Of a stretch of DNA of 64,000 nt, positions 18,090 to 28,145 are shown in pieces (positions within the stretch are counted from its first letter, which is position 1; the number at the start of each line of letters is the position of its first letter). The notes under the pieces are model-generated. The model did no database searches, was not told the DNA's origin, and saw nothing but the letters and a program-made list of their open reading frames with translations. This DNA is from a virus, in IMG/VR virus record IMGVR_UViG_3300008448_000033, positions 21,592 through 85,591 of that record, one strand, 5' to 3'. The translations under genes were made by a program, and so were the position numbers.

Positions 18090-21000
18090 GCCAATAACCT
18101 CGTCTGATCTTTAAGTGATTTGATTGAAAACCCATATCCATCTTTATTGATTTGACCCATATAAGGTCTATTCAAGTGAATGATGTCGTTCTCTCTTATA
18201 GACCAACATTTAATTGTTGTCAATGAGTTTGTATTATCGGTCACTGTTAAAATCCAATACGGTCTACCTTTTTTATTTAATTTAATCTCTTTATTTCTTG
18301 GAATAAACCAAACGATATCTTGGTCTAATTCTTCATCAAAATCACCAATTGGTTGGATATTTTTCTTATTAAGTTTAAGAAGCACTTTCTCGGACATAAC
18401 AAGATTAATCGGATAAATGCCAGTTAAAGCTGTCATATGCTCAATTCTTTCCTCTGTAGTGAAATCTCCTTCTGGCTTATATTTTTCAATATTTTCATCT
18501 AGTTTCTTTTTTGTCTTTGGACGATCAACTACAACTGCACTCCAAAAATGCTTGGCACCAGTAAATCTTTTATCTATCAAATCACTCATAGCACCACCTC
18601 TTGTTAGAGCATCAAGAGCTTTTTTATTAAATTTGCTATAAACAATATCTGGATGAAATAAAACATCTTCAATTGTTTTAAAAGGTCTATGCTTAATAAT
18701 TTCATTAATTGCCGCATCACCAAGACCTTTAATAGAGGATAGTGGTTGAATCAATGTTTTAGAATCATTTGAGTCTACTTCCCAAGTAGTACCAGATGAA
18801 TTAATATCAAGTCTTTTAATATTATATCCATATGTCTTAGCAATGGCTATGGCTTGCTCTTTTCGCTTTTCTGGTTCTTTGTCGAGGAATGCAGCGAGCC
18901 ATTCAGCAGGGTAGTAGTAAAAAAGATAGGCACACTGATAAGATAGAATGGAATAGCAAACAGCATGAGAGAGGTTGAAACCATAACCGCTGAAGAATTC
19001 CATAGTTTTCCAGAGGTTAATTGCATTTTCTTCGCTAATTCCCTTTTCACTACATCCCTCAATAAATTTACCATACAGCTTCTCCTTTACAGCAGCTTCT
19101 TTACCAGTTCCTTTTTTAGTTAGAACTTTACGAAGCTCATTGCCTTCATCAAGCGAAATATCTTTTCCTAATTTGTGTGCCAGCAAGCTCAATTGCTCTT
19201 GGAAAACAAGAAAACCAAATGTTTCACCGGCAACTTCTTTAACTAATTCATGAACGTATTCAACTTCATCAGGATTATTTTTAGCATTTACATATTTTGT
19301 ATGAACGTTAGCGGATAATGGACCGGGACGATAAATAGAAGTAATAGCTGCAATATCTACAATGTTTTTTGGCTTTGCATCCATGCAGAATTTTTGTGCA
19401 TTTGGATTTGTAAATTGGAATGTACCACAGAAATTACCATTTTGAAATACGTGTTCATAAACGTTTTGATCGTTAAGATTCATTGTATTCGGATGTAATT
19501 TTTCATCATAGAATTTTTTAACTTCTTGAAACGTTGGCTCTTTGATACCGTGATGATTTTTAAGAATTTGACGAATGCAAGTATCAACCATTTCAAGAGT
19601 TGATAATCCAAGAATATCAAACTTGATAAAACCAAGTGGTTCTAAATGACGAACTGTTTGTCCTTCTGTCCAAGGTGTCTGCACAACATCGCCACTTTTA
19701 ATTAATGGCATTTTTTGATCAATGTTATCTGCAAATAAAACTCCACCCGCATGTCGAGAAATAGAACGAATTTGCTTTTGTAAAGTTTCGACATGTGTTG
19801 CAACATTTGGATATTTCAAAAGATAAGCAACTAGTGATGGTGAATGTTCCTTTAACTCTTCCCAAGTTGGGTCATAAACACCGGCAGTAATACCATGAAT
19901 CTTTTTACAAACTGGTGTTGCCTCGTTAATCATTTTGCTTGTTACTTCATTTACTTCTTGAAATGGAATTTCGTATAGCTTGCTAATATCTTTAACAAGC
20001 GAACGAGCCTTAAGAGTATTATAATTTGAAATTGGTACTACAGTATTTTCACCATATTCTTTAATAAACATTTCCTTAGCTGAAAACGCATCCATGCAAT
20101 CATAATCAATATCTGGATAGTCTTTAGCATTCTTGCGAATAAATCGTGAGAACTGGAGCTTGTATTTGATTGGGTCAATTTGAGTAATACCAAGTAGATA
20201 AGATACAAGCGAACCAGCACCAGATCCACGACCACTGCCAACCAATTGTGTAGACGATACTTTATCGCTAATAGTTCTCATGGTTAGAAAGTATTTAGAG
20301 AAACCACGATCTTTAATCGTATATAGCTCCTCTTTTAATCTTTCAATATATTCATTATCTTTATGAAGATTAAATTTCTTTAGATTCTCCACAGCAATTT
20401 TTGCCAAGCAAAGATCAGCAGTTGTCCCCTCTGGAACAACAAAACTTGGTAATTTAATAGTTGTATCAGGAGTATAATCTTGAATGCGATTTTGTAGAAT
20501 GTCCGCAGTACGGGCAATGCTTTCTTCTACCAGTTTATCGTCGTAAGAAAATCCAAGGCGATCTGAATACTCACGATACGCCGCGAACAATTCATCCCCG
20601 TTTTTAGGATAAAGTTGGTACTCCATTTCTGCAAGTGATTGTGGTAACTGATCAATCTTAATCTCATCTTTCCGTTTACCCATCCATCCAAGCATTTTAT
20701 AAATTTCACGGTCCTTCCACTTATCAGGTGAAGGAAAGTGAGCATCGCATGTACTGACCAGTTGAAAACCATATTGCTTACTTAACTCAATAATGTGTTG
20801 ATTGATTATGTGCTGCTCTTTATAATTTGCCCATTGAAGCTCGCCATAAAAACGATCTCCAAAGATCTCCATCATTCTTTGAACAGTTCTTTCCATCGCT
20901 CCCATAACAGCACTGCTACCGAGGTCACGATTACGCCAATAGTCATTCCCAAGAATACCGCCAATACAGGCAGTTGAGGCAATAATTCCGCCATTGTATT

Positions 21001-21517
21001 TATGGAGAAGGTTGTAATCAATACGAGGATAACGATAGAAATTATCTCCACGATAGGATTCACTAACCAATTTAAAAAGATTATTAAGCCCTTCCTGATT
21101 AATCGCGTTAAGGACAAGATGACTCCTTTGGTTCAATGTATTATATGAACCCTTCTTTGTTTCGCTTTCATCTTCAACAACAAGTCCAACATCTTCATCG
21201 ACCTGTTTTGCAAGTTTAGCGTCTTCTTTATGTTTTTCTTTTTCTAATTTCCAAGATGGAATATCTGGATGTACATAGGCTTCAATTCCGTAAACAATCT
21301 TAAAATCTTTACCTTCATCCTTCATTTTTTTAGATTTCTGAAAAGCATAAGCAAAGCTATTCATGTTGCCATGCTCAGTAAAAGCCATGCCTTTCAAACC
21401 ATTTGAAAAAGCAAAGTCGGCATGCTCTTCTGGATATCCCATGCCATCGAATATTGAAAATGTGGTATGACCGTGCATATTGTAAAACGGAATAGATGGT
21501 TTTTTATTTTCTGTCAT
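18086..21517 (-). CDS. dnaE: DNA polymerase III alpha subunit (family C)
   Basis: PHP domain HGHTTFSIFDG, GRGSGAGSLVSY, PDIDYD, KFDILGL, YGFNLSHA; no intein seen. Confidence 0.96.
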   Translation of the reverse strand: MTENKKPSIPFYNMHGHTTFSIFDGMGYPEEHADFAFSNGLKGMAFTEHGNMNSFAYAFQKSKKMKDEGKDFKIVYGIEAYVHPDIPSWKLEKEKHKEDAKLAKQVDEDVGLVVEDESETKKGSYNTLNQRSHLVLNAINQEGLNNLFKLVSESYRGDNFYRYPRIDYNLLHKYNGGIIASTACIGGILGNDYWRNRDLGSSAVMGAMERTVQRMMEIFGDRFYGELQWANYKEQHIINQHIIELSKQYGFQLVSTCDAHFPSPDKWKDREIYKMLGWMGKRKDEIKIDQLPQSLAEMEYQLYPKNGDELFAAYREYSDRLGFSYDDKLVEESIARTADILQNRIQDYTPDTTIKLPSFVVPEGTTADLCLAKIAVENLKKFNLHKDNEYIERLKEELYTIKDRGFSKYFLTMRTISDKVSSTQLVGSGRGSGAGSLVSYLLGITQIDPIKYKLQFSRFIRKNAKDYPDIDYDCMDAFSAKEMFIKEYGENTVVPISNYNTLKARSLVKDISKLYEIPFQEVNEVTSKMINEATPVCKKIHGITAGVYDPTWEELKEHSPSLVAYLLKYPNVATHVETLQKQIRSISRHAGGVLFADNIDQKMPLIKSGDVVQTPWTEGQTVRHLEPLGFIKFDILGLSTLEMVDTCIRQILKNHHGIKEPTFQEVKKFYDEKLHPNTMNLNDQNVYEHVFQNGNFCGTFQFTNPNAQKFCMDAKPKNIVDIAAITSIYRPGPLSANVHTKYVNAKNNPDEVEYVHELVKEVAGETFGFLVFQEQLSLLAHKLGKDISLDEGNELRKVLTKKGTGKEAAVKEKLYGKFIEGCSEKGISEENAINLWKTMEFFSGYGFNLSHAVCYSILSYQCAYLFYYYPAEWLAAFLDKEPEKRKEQAIAIAKTYGYNIKRLDINSSGTTWEVDSNDSKTLIQPLSSIKGLGDAAINEIIKHRPFKTIEDVLFHPDIVYSKFNKKALDALTRGGAMSDLIDKRFTGAKHFWSAVVVDRPKTKKKLDENIEKYKPEGDFTTEERIEHMTALTGIYPINLVMSEKVLLKLNKKNIQPIGDFDEELDQDIVWFIPRNKEIKLNKKGRPYWILTVTDNTNSLTTIKCWSIRENDIIHLNRPYMGQINKDGYGFSIKSLKDQTRLLA

Positions 21518-21668
21518 TGCATACCTTCTTTAGATTTATATCGTGCTGTAGAGTGTTAGTATACTGCGAAACATAATAGCAGTCACTTTCTTTTTTTAAG
21601 AAAATAATTCCAACAGTTACTAATGCTGCCAATATCAGCAATGGACGACCATATTTTTCAGGTATCAT
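21504..21668 (-). CDS. 54-aa single-TM protein
   Basis: Hand translation MIPEKYGRPLLILAALVTVGIIFLKKESDC..VCNDRK; fills the gap upstream of dnaE. Confidence 0.5.
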   Translation of the reverse strand: MIPEKYGRPLLILAALVTVGIIFLKKESDCYYVSQYTNTLQHDINLKKVCNDRK

Positions 21669-22536
21669 TTACGCCCTCAAATAGCTCATATCTTTTTGTT
21701 GTTAAAAAGATATTATCTCTTTTATACACAAGCTTATTTTCGTCTGATTTTAAAAAGTTTTTATAGTTATCCCAAGAATTGATTTCATGAAACCAAGGTA
21801 AATCTCTTATTACATATTCTGATAGATCTAATGGATAAAAAATTTCATTCAATTTCATGTTCAAGGTTCTTACCGTGTTCATGGATCTATCAGAATTATG
21901 CCAAACATGCAAGGCATACTCTTTTAAATTGTCTTTACATCTTTTAAATTCAGAAGTTTTAAAAGTAAAACTGATATGTTTATTGTCTTTTACGGATAGA
22001 CCATCGTGACAGAATATTATGTTTGTATTACTTGAGATTATGTCTCTATTTTCATATATAACACTTTCAGGTACAACTCCAAAAGGAAAAGCACAATAGA
22101 ATTTTTTTGGAGTGGTCCATCTGCTTATCTCAGAACAAACTTTATAAGCAGTATCTGCACCATAAAGAATAGAATGTCCAAGCGAATCATGTCTATCTCT
22201 GTTTTTGGGATGAATTGGGATATAATATATTTGTATTTCTTTTCTTCTTTTAATATCATGGCGTGTATTTACCATTTCTGGTCTAGAATAAATAGTTGCA
22301 GGATCGTATATCATCTCTCCAACAACTTTTTTGATTAAGGGTTGTGTCCCTAAATGACCAACTATCCAGATTGTATCACAACCAGCAACAGCGCACTCAA
22401 AAACTGCTCTTTCAATAGCGGTATAGTTATCTGCAATTGGCATAAGAGTGTCATGCCAAGGCATATTAAACATATTATCAGGACTTGCTATAGGAACGAT
22501 ACCAGCTAAATGATTAACAGTTTTTTCTTGTTGCAT
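21658..22536 (-). CDS. divergent sugar-phosphate nucleotidyltransferase-like (GT-A fold) protein
   Basis: GIVPIA..MPWHDTLMPI..AIERAVFECAVAGCDTIWIV resembles the NTP_transferase N-terminus but lacks GxGTR. Confidence 0.5.
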   Translation of the reverse strand: MQQEKTVNHLAGIVPIASPDNMFNMPWHDTLMPIADNYTAIERAVFECAVAGCDTIWIVGHLGTQPLIKKVVGEMIYDPATIYSRPEMVNTRHDIKRRKEIQIYYIPIHPKNRDRHDSLGHSILYGADTAYKVCSEISRWTTPKKFYCAFPFGVVPESVIYENRDIISSNTNIIFCHDGLSVKDNKHISFTFKTSEFKRCKDNLKEYALHVWHNSDRSMNTVRTLNMKLNEIFYPLDLSEYVIRDLPWFHEINSWDNYKNFLKSDENKLVYKRDNIFLTTKRYELFEGVNDT

Positions 22537-23335
22537 TTAATAAAATTCTTTCTATATGATTAAAATATTTATGTTCTTTTTTATCGCTTTTTAATATTTC
22601 TTGAGGAGTTTTATCAATTATGTGAAAATTTTCTAACATATCATTATACAATGTTTTACCATATGGATAAATCTCTCTATGCGATATATTAACAATTAAT
22701 TTTTTACACTCTCCGGTTATAGCAGATTTTAAATTCCCTTTTGCATTATATTTTTTTAATTCTCTTAAAACTTTCATTCTAGACAGAGAGATATCAAAAT
22801 CTTGATTTTTAATTTCTTCATCTGATAAATATGAAATTGCAGCTATCTTTGCTTCGTCTTGATTTATCTTTATTGTTTTTACAAAATCATCATCTAATTC
22901 TAAATTATGATTTATTATTTGAATGCCTTTTTGGGCATCAAACCAATCTATTACAAGATTTCTAGAATTAGTTTTATTTATTGATGCCAAGCCATTTATA
23001 TTTTGCTCATCAAATAAAAATAAATTTTTGTATGAAATATTACAAACGAAGTTTTCTTTTGTTGTTATTTTTAATAAATTAGAATCTGCCAATCTAATAC
23101 TTTGAACAATATTAGAAAATGGAGATAAGTGATTAATAGATAATAAAAACATTATTTCTTGCCATTTATCTATACTTTTAATTTTATCGTCAAACATAGA
23201 AAATGGATCTGGTTTATTTATCTTTGTATAAACTATTGGTATTTTATTTATATAAGAATAGCACAGCGCACTCAAGTCTGAGCCTATGATTAGATCATCA
23301 TAAACTAAGTCAAGAGTGCGCTGTATATTAGCCAT
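22514..23335 (-). CDS. hypothetical protein with degenerate FAD/NAD Rossmann start
   Basis: YDDLIIGSDLSALCYSY. Confidence 0.4.
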   Translation of the reverse strand: MANIQRTLDLVYDDLIIGSDLSALCYSYINKIPIVYTKINKPDPFSMFDDKIKSIDKWQEIMFLLSINHLSPFSNIVQSIRLADSNLLKITTKENFVCNISYKNLFLFDEQNINGLASINKTNSRNLVIDWFDAQKGIQIINHNLELDDDFVKTIKINQDEAKIAAISYLSDEEIKNQDFDISLSRMKVLRELKKYNAKGNLKSAITGECKKLIVNISHREIYPYGKTLYNDMLENFHIIDKTPQEILKSDKKEHKYFNHIERILLNATRKNC

Positions 23336-24029
23336 TTTTTACTTCGTTATAAGCCTTAATTGTTTCTGGATATTTCTCTTCCAAAATCTTTAGCATTGCT
23401 TCGGCTACACGTTGAATTTCCCATTGTGCGCCTTCATGTGAGCGTAATTCAATAAACTTTAAAATATTGTTAAGGTTTGCACTTGCATAATATTCTGTAT
23501 ACATATTCTGCGGTAAAATACCTCTTGCTTGCTCTCGACAAACTCCCTTACGCATCATTTCTTCATAAAGAAAAACAGCAGCCAAATGATGATCGCGGAT
23601 AGCTCTTGATGCAGATACTTCACCAACTTCGTAAACAACAGGATCAATCATATTACCTTCGTTACTAGCTTGGCGATTTTTTTCATGTTGAGTTCTAAAT
23701 GTCATTGGTTCGTAAAATTCTAGATTCTCTGCTGTATAACGGCGAGAGATTTCATTATAGCTCCAAGTACGATGACGATGATGCTGTGAACGAATAAATA
23801 ACGGAACTTTTACACGAAACGTAATGAAACAATGCTCTAGTGTGCTTGTATGCTTATGTTTAATAAGGTAGCGAATTAGTTTACGGTCCTTATCATCTAA
23901 TTCAGACTTATGAACCCCAAACGATACGCGAGCAGAGTTAACAACAGTGAGGTCTGAGCCAACTGCATCAACAAGTTCAACTTTTCCAATTCCATCTCCA
24001 TATAATTCAATACTAGTCATTCGGTACAA
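23328..24029 (-). CDS. thyX: flavin-dependent thymidylate synthase
   Basis: NSARVSF, HTSTLEH, RHRTWSYNEISRRY, AQWEI. Confidence 0.95.
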   Translation of the reverse strand: MYRMTSIELYGDGIGKVELVDAVGSDLTVVNSARVSFGVHKSELDDKDRKLIRYLIKHKHTSTLEHCFITFRVKVPLFIRSQHHRHRTWSYNEISRRYTAENLEFYEPMTFRTQHEKNRQASNEGNMIDPVVYEVGEVSASRAIRDHHLAAVFLYEEMMRKGVCREQARGILPQNMYTEYYASANLNNILKFIELRSHEGAQWEIQRVAEAMLKILEEKYPETIKAYNEVKNG

Positions 24030-24294
24030 CTCCTAAGACAACATTCTCTGATACCATAAGAAAAGTCTGACCTTCAACAGATATAGACTCAATTGTATTC
24101 GTCGGAACAACAAGCAAATCTCCTATATTTTCTGCAAACCGTGACCCTTCTTCGGCATCCAATAGCAGCACAACCGAATGTGGATCAATCTTCATTTTAT
24201 AACCTTCTGGTAGGGTTATTGAAGCAGTTTGCTTATCATTTTTGCTACTGTGCTTTTCAACAAGCATGTATTTGTTTTTTGGATATAGCTTCAT
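24013..24294 (-). CDS. groES: co-chaperonin GroES-like protein
   Basis: KLYPKNKYMLVE..ITLP..GDLLV..MVSENVVLGV; 93 aa. Confidence 0.7.
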   Translation of the reverse strand: MKLYPKNKYMLVEKHSSKNDKQTASITLPEGYKMKIDPHSVVLLLDAEEGSRFAENIGDLLVVPTNTIESISVEGQTFLMVSENVVLGVVPND

Positions 24295-24303
24295 TTTTAC
24301 CTC

Positions 24304-24558
24304 TTACTTTGTGATTGTGTCATAAACATGTTCTAGCTGATCAAAATCAGTATCGTCCTTCTTTAGGCGATAAGCCTTCATAACTGCTTTCATTTCTTCT
24401 TTTGAAAGCCAACCATTATCAACATAGTTCTTTCGTAGATCCTTCTTTTGATCCTTGTACGGTTCCATAGCAGCTTCAATTGTAGCAATAGCCTTAATGT
24501 AGTCCTTCATACGCTCTTCTTTTGTCTTCTTAACTTCGCCGGTCATTACAGTCTGCAT
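24304..24558 (-). CDS. GapR/DUF2312-like small DNA-binding protein
   Basis: RMKDYIKAIATIE..KKDLRK..GWLSKEEMKAVMKAYRL. Confidence 0.5.
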   Translation of the reverse strand: MQTVMTGEVKKTKEERMKDYIKAIATIEAAMEPYKDQKKDLRKNYVDNGWLSKEEMKAVMKAYRLKKDDTDFDQLEHVYDTITK

Positions 24559-24575
24559 GTTTTCTCCTTTGAAAT

Positions 24576-24625
24576 AAAAACCGCTCTATGAGAGACAATC
24601 TATCATAGAGCGGTTAGGTTGTAAA
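24576..24625 (-). promoter_or_regulatory. promoter with the -10 box in the loop of the nrdJ terminator
   Basis: TTTACA-17-(TGa)TAGATT; 13-bp stem AACCGCTCTATGA/TCATAGAGCGGTT and U tract. Confidence 0.75.
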
Positions 24626-24634
24626 GCTACTTTT

Positions 24635-26494
24635 TTACTTAACCGGACAGACTCCACCTTCGCACTCTAACGAGCTTTGAAGATTTCCGTCACCAATATC
24701 ACCAACATCAATTGGTTTGATCTTGGCTGATAGCTTCTCGTATTGCTCCTTTGTGATTGTTTCTTTTGGAGCTTGTTTAAAACCATGCTCGCTGTGGCAT
24801 AGGAATGAAATAGTTTTTAGATATTTCAGGTTATCCGCTAGCCATTCTTTTAGTGCTGGTAGTTCTTCCTTGCGGTAATAAACCGTAACTGAAACAGCTT
24901 GATCGGCCCAATGTTTCTGAGCAAGTTTAACAACATCTAATTGTTTCCACGTTGTCCAATCTTCATCCGCTACTGGTGCATTATCTGGTGCTGCAACATA
25001 GAAGTCAACAACTTGTGTATTATGATCCAGCGTACCGTCAAACCTCATTACTGGTTCCACATAATGACCGGCTTCACGCAATAATGGTAAAAGAGGATCG
25101 CCAGATCCAAAGCGGACACGCTGAATAATATAGCGGGAAAAAGCAGGGTGGACGCCTTCGTATGAATCAAAGACTTTGGAAATCGTGCCCGATGGTTTGA
25201 TAACAGTTGTTCGTAGGCTTTCTGGGATTCCAAGTTCTTTGCTGTATCTTGTGTTTTCATCTTGAATAGCCTTATATGCCCTATCTAGGACTTCTGGTGT
25301 AAACAATGGAGATTGTAGACAACCTGTAATACCTGTACCAATACGACGATTACGTTTTACAACCGCATCGCATTTTGGTTGATGATATTTTTCAGTCGTT
25401 ACACGTTTACCCCAACGATGCATTAATCTAGCAGCTTCGATAAACTCTTCTTCATTTTGGAGGTTTGGAAGAGCAATTTCTTGGAGGTTGCATGGTTCTC
25501 CATCCTCAAGCGTTGCTTCAGCGCATGGATTGACTCCAATTGCTGAATCCGCTTTGAGTTCTCCCATTCTTCCAAACTTTTGTATATTAGTTCTATTAAC
25601 AATACCAAAGGGTTCGCCCTCCTCGTATGTTTTCCAGAACAAAGGATGTAAATCATCTACATCATCGACGACAACAGAAAAGTTAGCCATAGCCCGCTGT
25701 GTTGGAACATTTCCAAGATCCCAACGTTTAGCTTTTAGATATTCCTTATCCCAAGGATCTCCTAATATAATTATGGCACTACGGCGAACATTACCAGCTA
25801 CAACCATTTCGCCAATAGAGCATAGAATATCTGCTGCGTCTAGAGGCTTAACCATCTTACCTTCACGAAGCTTTAGGATAGCACATAGCTTATCGACAAA
25901 AGCAACAAGTGGTTTTGGACCACTGCTTGTTCCACCGAAACCGTGAATTGGATCACCAGCGGGACGAATACAGATAGTTGAATAGCTAAACGATTTCCCT
26001 GAAACAAAATATGATTCAAGGATACGACAAGTTAGTTCATTCCAGCCTTCACGACTATCCGGTACGATGAAATCTGCGTCCTTTGTATCTCTCCAAACAA
26101 TATTAACGTCTTTCTTGACTCTTGGCAACTTAGAAACAAAACGATGTTCTACTGACATGCCAACACCACCACCCAACATAAGGAGGTCTTGTGCAAGAAC
26201 AAAGTTTTCCCAACTATCACCGGCAACAAACCAGCAGTTATTCAGGGCAACACCACCTAGCTTTTTATGGCTAGGAGCACCAGAATACCACCAACCACGA
26301 CCGGCAGGACCAGCTTTGCGATTAGTCAAATAATATTTAAGACGAGCGATTTCTTCTTCGCTTACATTATGCCCTTGTACGTTGCCTCTGATGACACGAT
26401 CAACTGTATCGGTCCAATTCTCTAGAACACCTGTATCTTTACGCGCATAGGTACGTTTATAAACAACTTTAGCTAAGTTAGACCATTGTGACAT
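24635..26494 (-). CDS. nrdJ: class II (B12-dependent) ribonucleotide reductase, monomeric RTPR type
   Basis: PAGRG, LNNCW, GNVRRSA, VNPCAE, TVIKPSGT, C-terminal CEGGVCPVK. Confidence 0.93.
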   Translation of the reverse strand: MSQWSNLAKVVYKRTYARKDTGVLENWTDTVDRVIRGNVQGHNVSEEEIARLKYYLTNRKAGPAGRGWWYSGAPSHKKLGGVALNNCWFVAGDSWENFVLAQDLLMLGGGVGMSVEHRFVSKLPRVKKDVNIVWRDTKDADFIVPDSREGWNELTCRILESYFVSGKSFSYSTICIRPAGDPIHGFGGTSSGPKPLVAFVDKLCAILKLREGKMVKPLDAADILCSIGEMVVAGNVRRSAIIILGDPWDKEYLKAKRWDLGNVPTQRAMANFSVVVDDVDDLHPLFWKTYEEGEPFGIVNRTNIQKFGRMGELKADSAIGVNPCAEATLEDGEPCNLQEIALPNLQNEEEFIEAARLMHRWGKRVTTEKYHQPKCDAVVKRNRRIGTGITGCLQSPLFTPEVLDRAYKAIQDENTRYSKELGIPESLRTTVIKPSGTISKVFDSYEGVHPAFSRYIIQRVRFGSGDPLLPLLREAGHYVEPVMRFDGTLDHNTQVVDFYVAAPDNAPVADEDWTTWKQLDVVKLAQKHWADQAVSVTVYYRKEELPALKEWLADNLKYLKTISFLCHSEHGFKQAPKETITKEQYEKLSAKIKPIDVGDIGDGNLQSSLECEGGVCPVK

Positions 26495-26742
26495 TAGATT
26501 ATCTCCTTTAATCTTACAACATTTTGTGCTCCAACAAGTCTTGATACTTCTTCATCATTCTCAATAACCATAAAAGTTGGAACGCCTGTGATAGCAAAAT
26601 CGTTTGCCATATCACGATTTTCATCAATATCCACTACTTCAAATTGAATATCAGAGTGGGATTCTTTTAACATATTAAAAACTGGTTTTGCTTGCTTGCA
26701 TGGATTACACCAGCTAGCACTAAACATGACGACTTTTTTCAT
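26494..26742 (-). CDS. trxA: thioredoxin
   Basis: FSASWCNPCK, GVPTF; coupled to nrdJ. Confidence 0.92.
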   Translation of the reverse strand: MKKVVMFSASWCNPCKQAKPVFNMLKESHSDIQFEVVDIDENRDMANDFAITGVPTFMVIENDEEVSRLVGAQNVVRLKEII

Positions 26743-28145
26743 GAAACTTTCTTCTCCTTTTTTTGTTTCAAATATTTTTCTTTCAATGCCTTCTCTTGGT
26801 CTTTCGCGGATTTTACCAAAATATCCGTAACACTTTCAGTAGTTTGTTGCAGAACTTTTATGCTTACGTTTGATGTATCCATGAAAATTGGGAATACTAA
26901 TCCATCAGGTCCATTTCTGTTCTTAGCAACATAAAAACGTCCTTCGTTTGTATTTTTATCTTTTATTGTTCTTGAAACTGTAAAGATAAAGTCTGCAACG
27001 AAACATTTATTGAAGGCTTCAGAAATGCTCTCCATTGTAATAACTTCTGCATTAAGACCGCTTCTGTTTGTTTGTGAAGCTGTCCATACAGGGCATCCAA
27101 ATGTTTGAGCAATAGCACGAAGCTCTTCATAGATAGTCTCCAATTCGTTACGCTTTTCTTTCTGTGCGCTGATTGGTTTAATTAGATCGCCATAATCCAC
27201 AATGACCATATCAATTTTAAAATCTTTACGTCTTAATTTTTCAAGATGATTTTTGATCATATTGGTCGTTGCTGATTTAGTTGGATATTCCTTAACAATG
27301 AGCTTACCCTTAATGTCTTTGATACCATTCCAAACTTCTTCTTTGAATGTTGGTACGTCAGATAGAGGAATTCCAGTAATGCAGGAATCGTATCTAAGGG
27401 AGACAACCTTATCTTGTAGCTCTAGAGTATAGTGAACAACATTCAGACCTGCTTCCAAAGCTTTGGAACCAAGATGAACAAGTACCATGCTTTTGCCAGC
27501 ACCAGTTGGTGCAATAACTACACCAAGCTCGCCTTTGCCCAAGCCACCCTTTGAAATACCGTCAATAAGCTGCCAACCAGTAGAAACTGGATTTCTAGCC
27601 AATAACTCAAATCGCTTTTCAAAATCTAGGTGATAGTCATAACCATGATTATTGTCTGTGCCAAGCTTAATTGCGTCATTAATAACTTTACTCACCTCAT
27701 CGAATGATGAATTCTGTATAAGACCAACGGATTTAATCATAGCCTCTTTAAGCTTTTGCTTTTTACAAAAGTCAAGAGAAACATCCTTAATATGTTCTGC
27801 TCCTTCAACGCTAAAATCATTGCTTTGGATACGAGCATAATAATCTCGTACCTGTTTCTGTAGCAATTCGTTTTCAAAGCCTATATCGCTTCTAAGAATA
27901 ACAGTAATTGTATCTCTTGTTGGGTGAGTTCCATATTTCTTACGGTATTCAAAGACTTTTTGTGTGAATACACGAAGATATTTTAGTTCTAAAAAATTAA
28001 TGTCTAGGACTTCACTGATTTGGTCAGCAAACACCCGATCATCAAGAATCAAATTGACCAAGTTCTCTTGAAACTTGGTTCCAAACTTTGAAAAGTCCTG
28101 CTTTTCTTCGATAAATGACATTTTCTCTCCATCAACAGTTTTCAT
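26739..28145 (-). CDS. dnaB: replicative DnaB/gp41-like helicase
   Basis: APTGAGKS, VHYTLE, VIVDYGD, WTASQTNR, AKNRNG. Confidence 0.92.
   Translation of the reverse strand: MKTVDGEKMSFIEEKQDFSKFGTKFQENLVNLILDDRVFADQISEVLDINFLELKYLRVFTQKVFEYRKKYGTHPTRDTITVILRSDIGFENELLQKQVRDYYARIQSNDFSVEGAEHIKDVSLDFCKKQKLKEAMIKSVGLIQNSSFDEVSKVINDAIKLGTDNNHGYDYHLDFEKRFELLARNPVSTGWQLIDGISKGGLGKGELGVVIAPTGAGKSMVLVHLGSKALEAGLNVVHYTLELQDKVVSLRYDSCITGIPLSDVPTFKEEVWNGIKDIKGKLIVKEYPTKSATTNMIKNHLEKLRRKDFKIDMVIVDYGDLIKPISAQKEKRNELETIYEELRAIAQTFGCPVWTASQTNRSGLNAEVITMESISEAFNKCFVADFIFTVSRTIKDKNTNEGRFYVAKNRNGPDGLVFPIFMDTSNVSIKVLQQTTESVTDILVKSAKDQEKALKEKYLKQKKEKKVS

Noticed and set aside
18847-25656. Short same-strand alternative-frame ORFs inside dnaE and nrdJ
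   Set aside because: Nested out-of-frame ORFs with no SD or protein-like features; expected by chance.
18086-28145. Inteins or introns in dnaE, nrdJ or dnaB
   Set aside because: Lengths are normal, and I saw no intein C/S..HN motifs or frame breaks.
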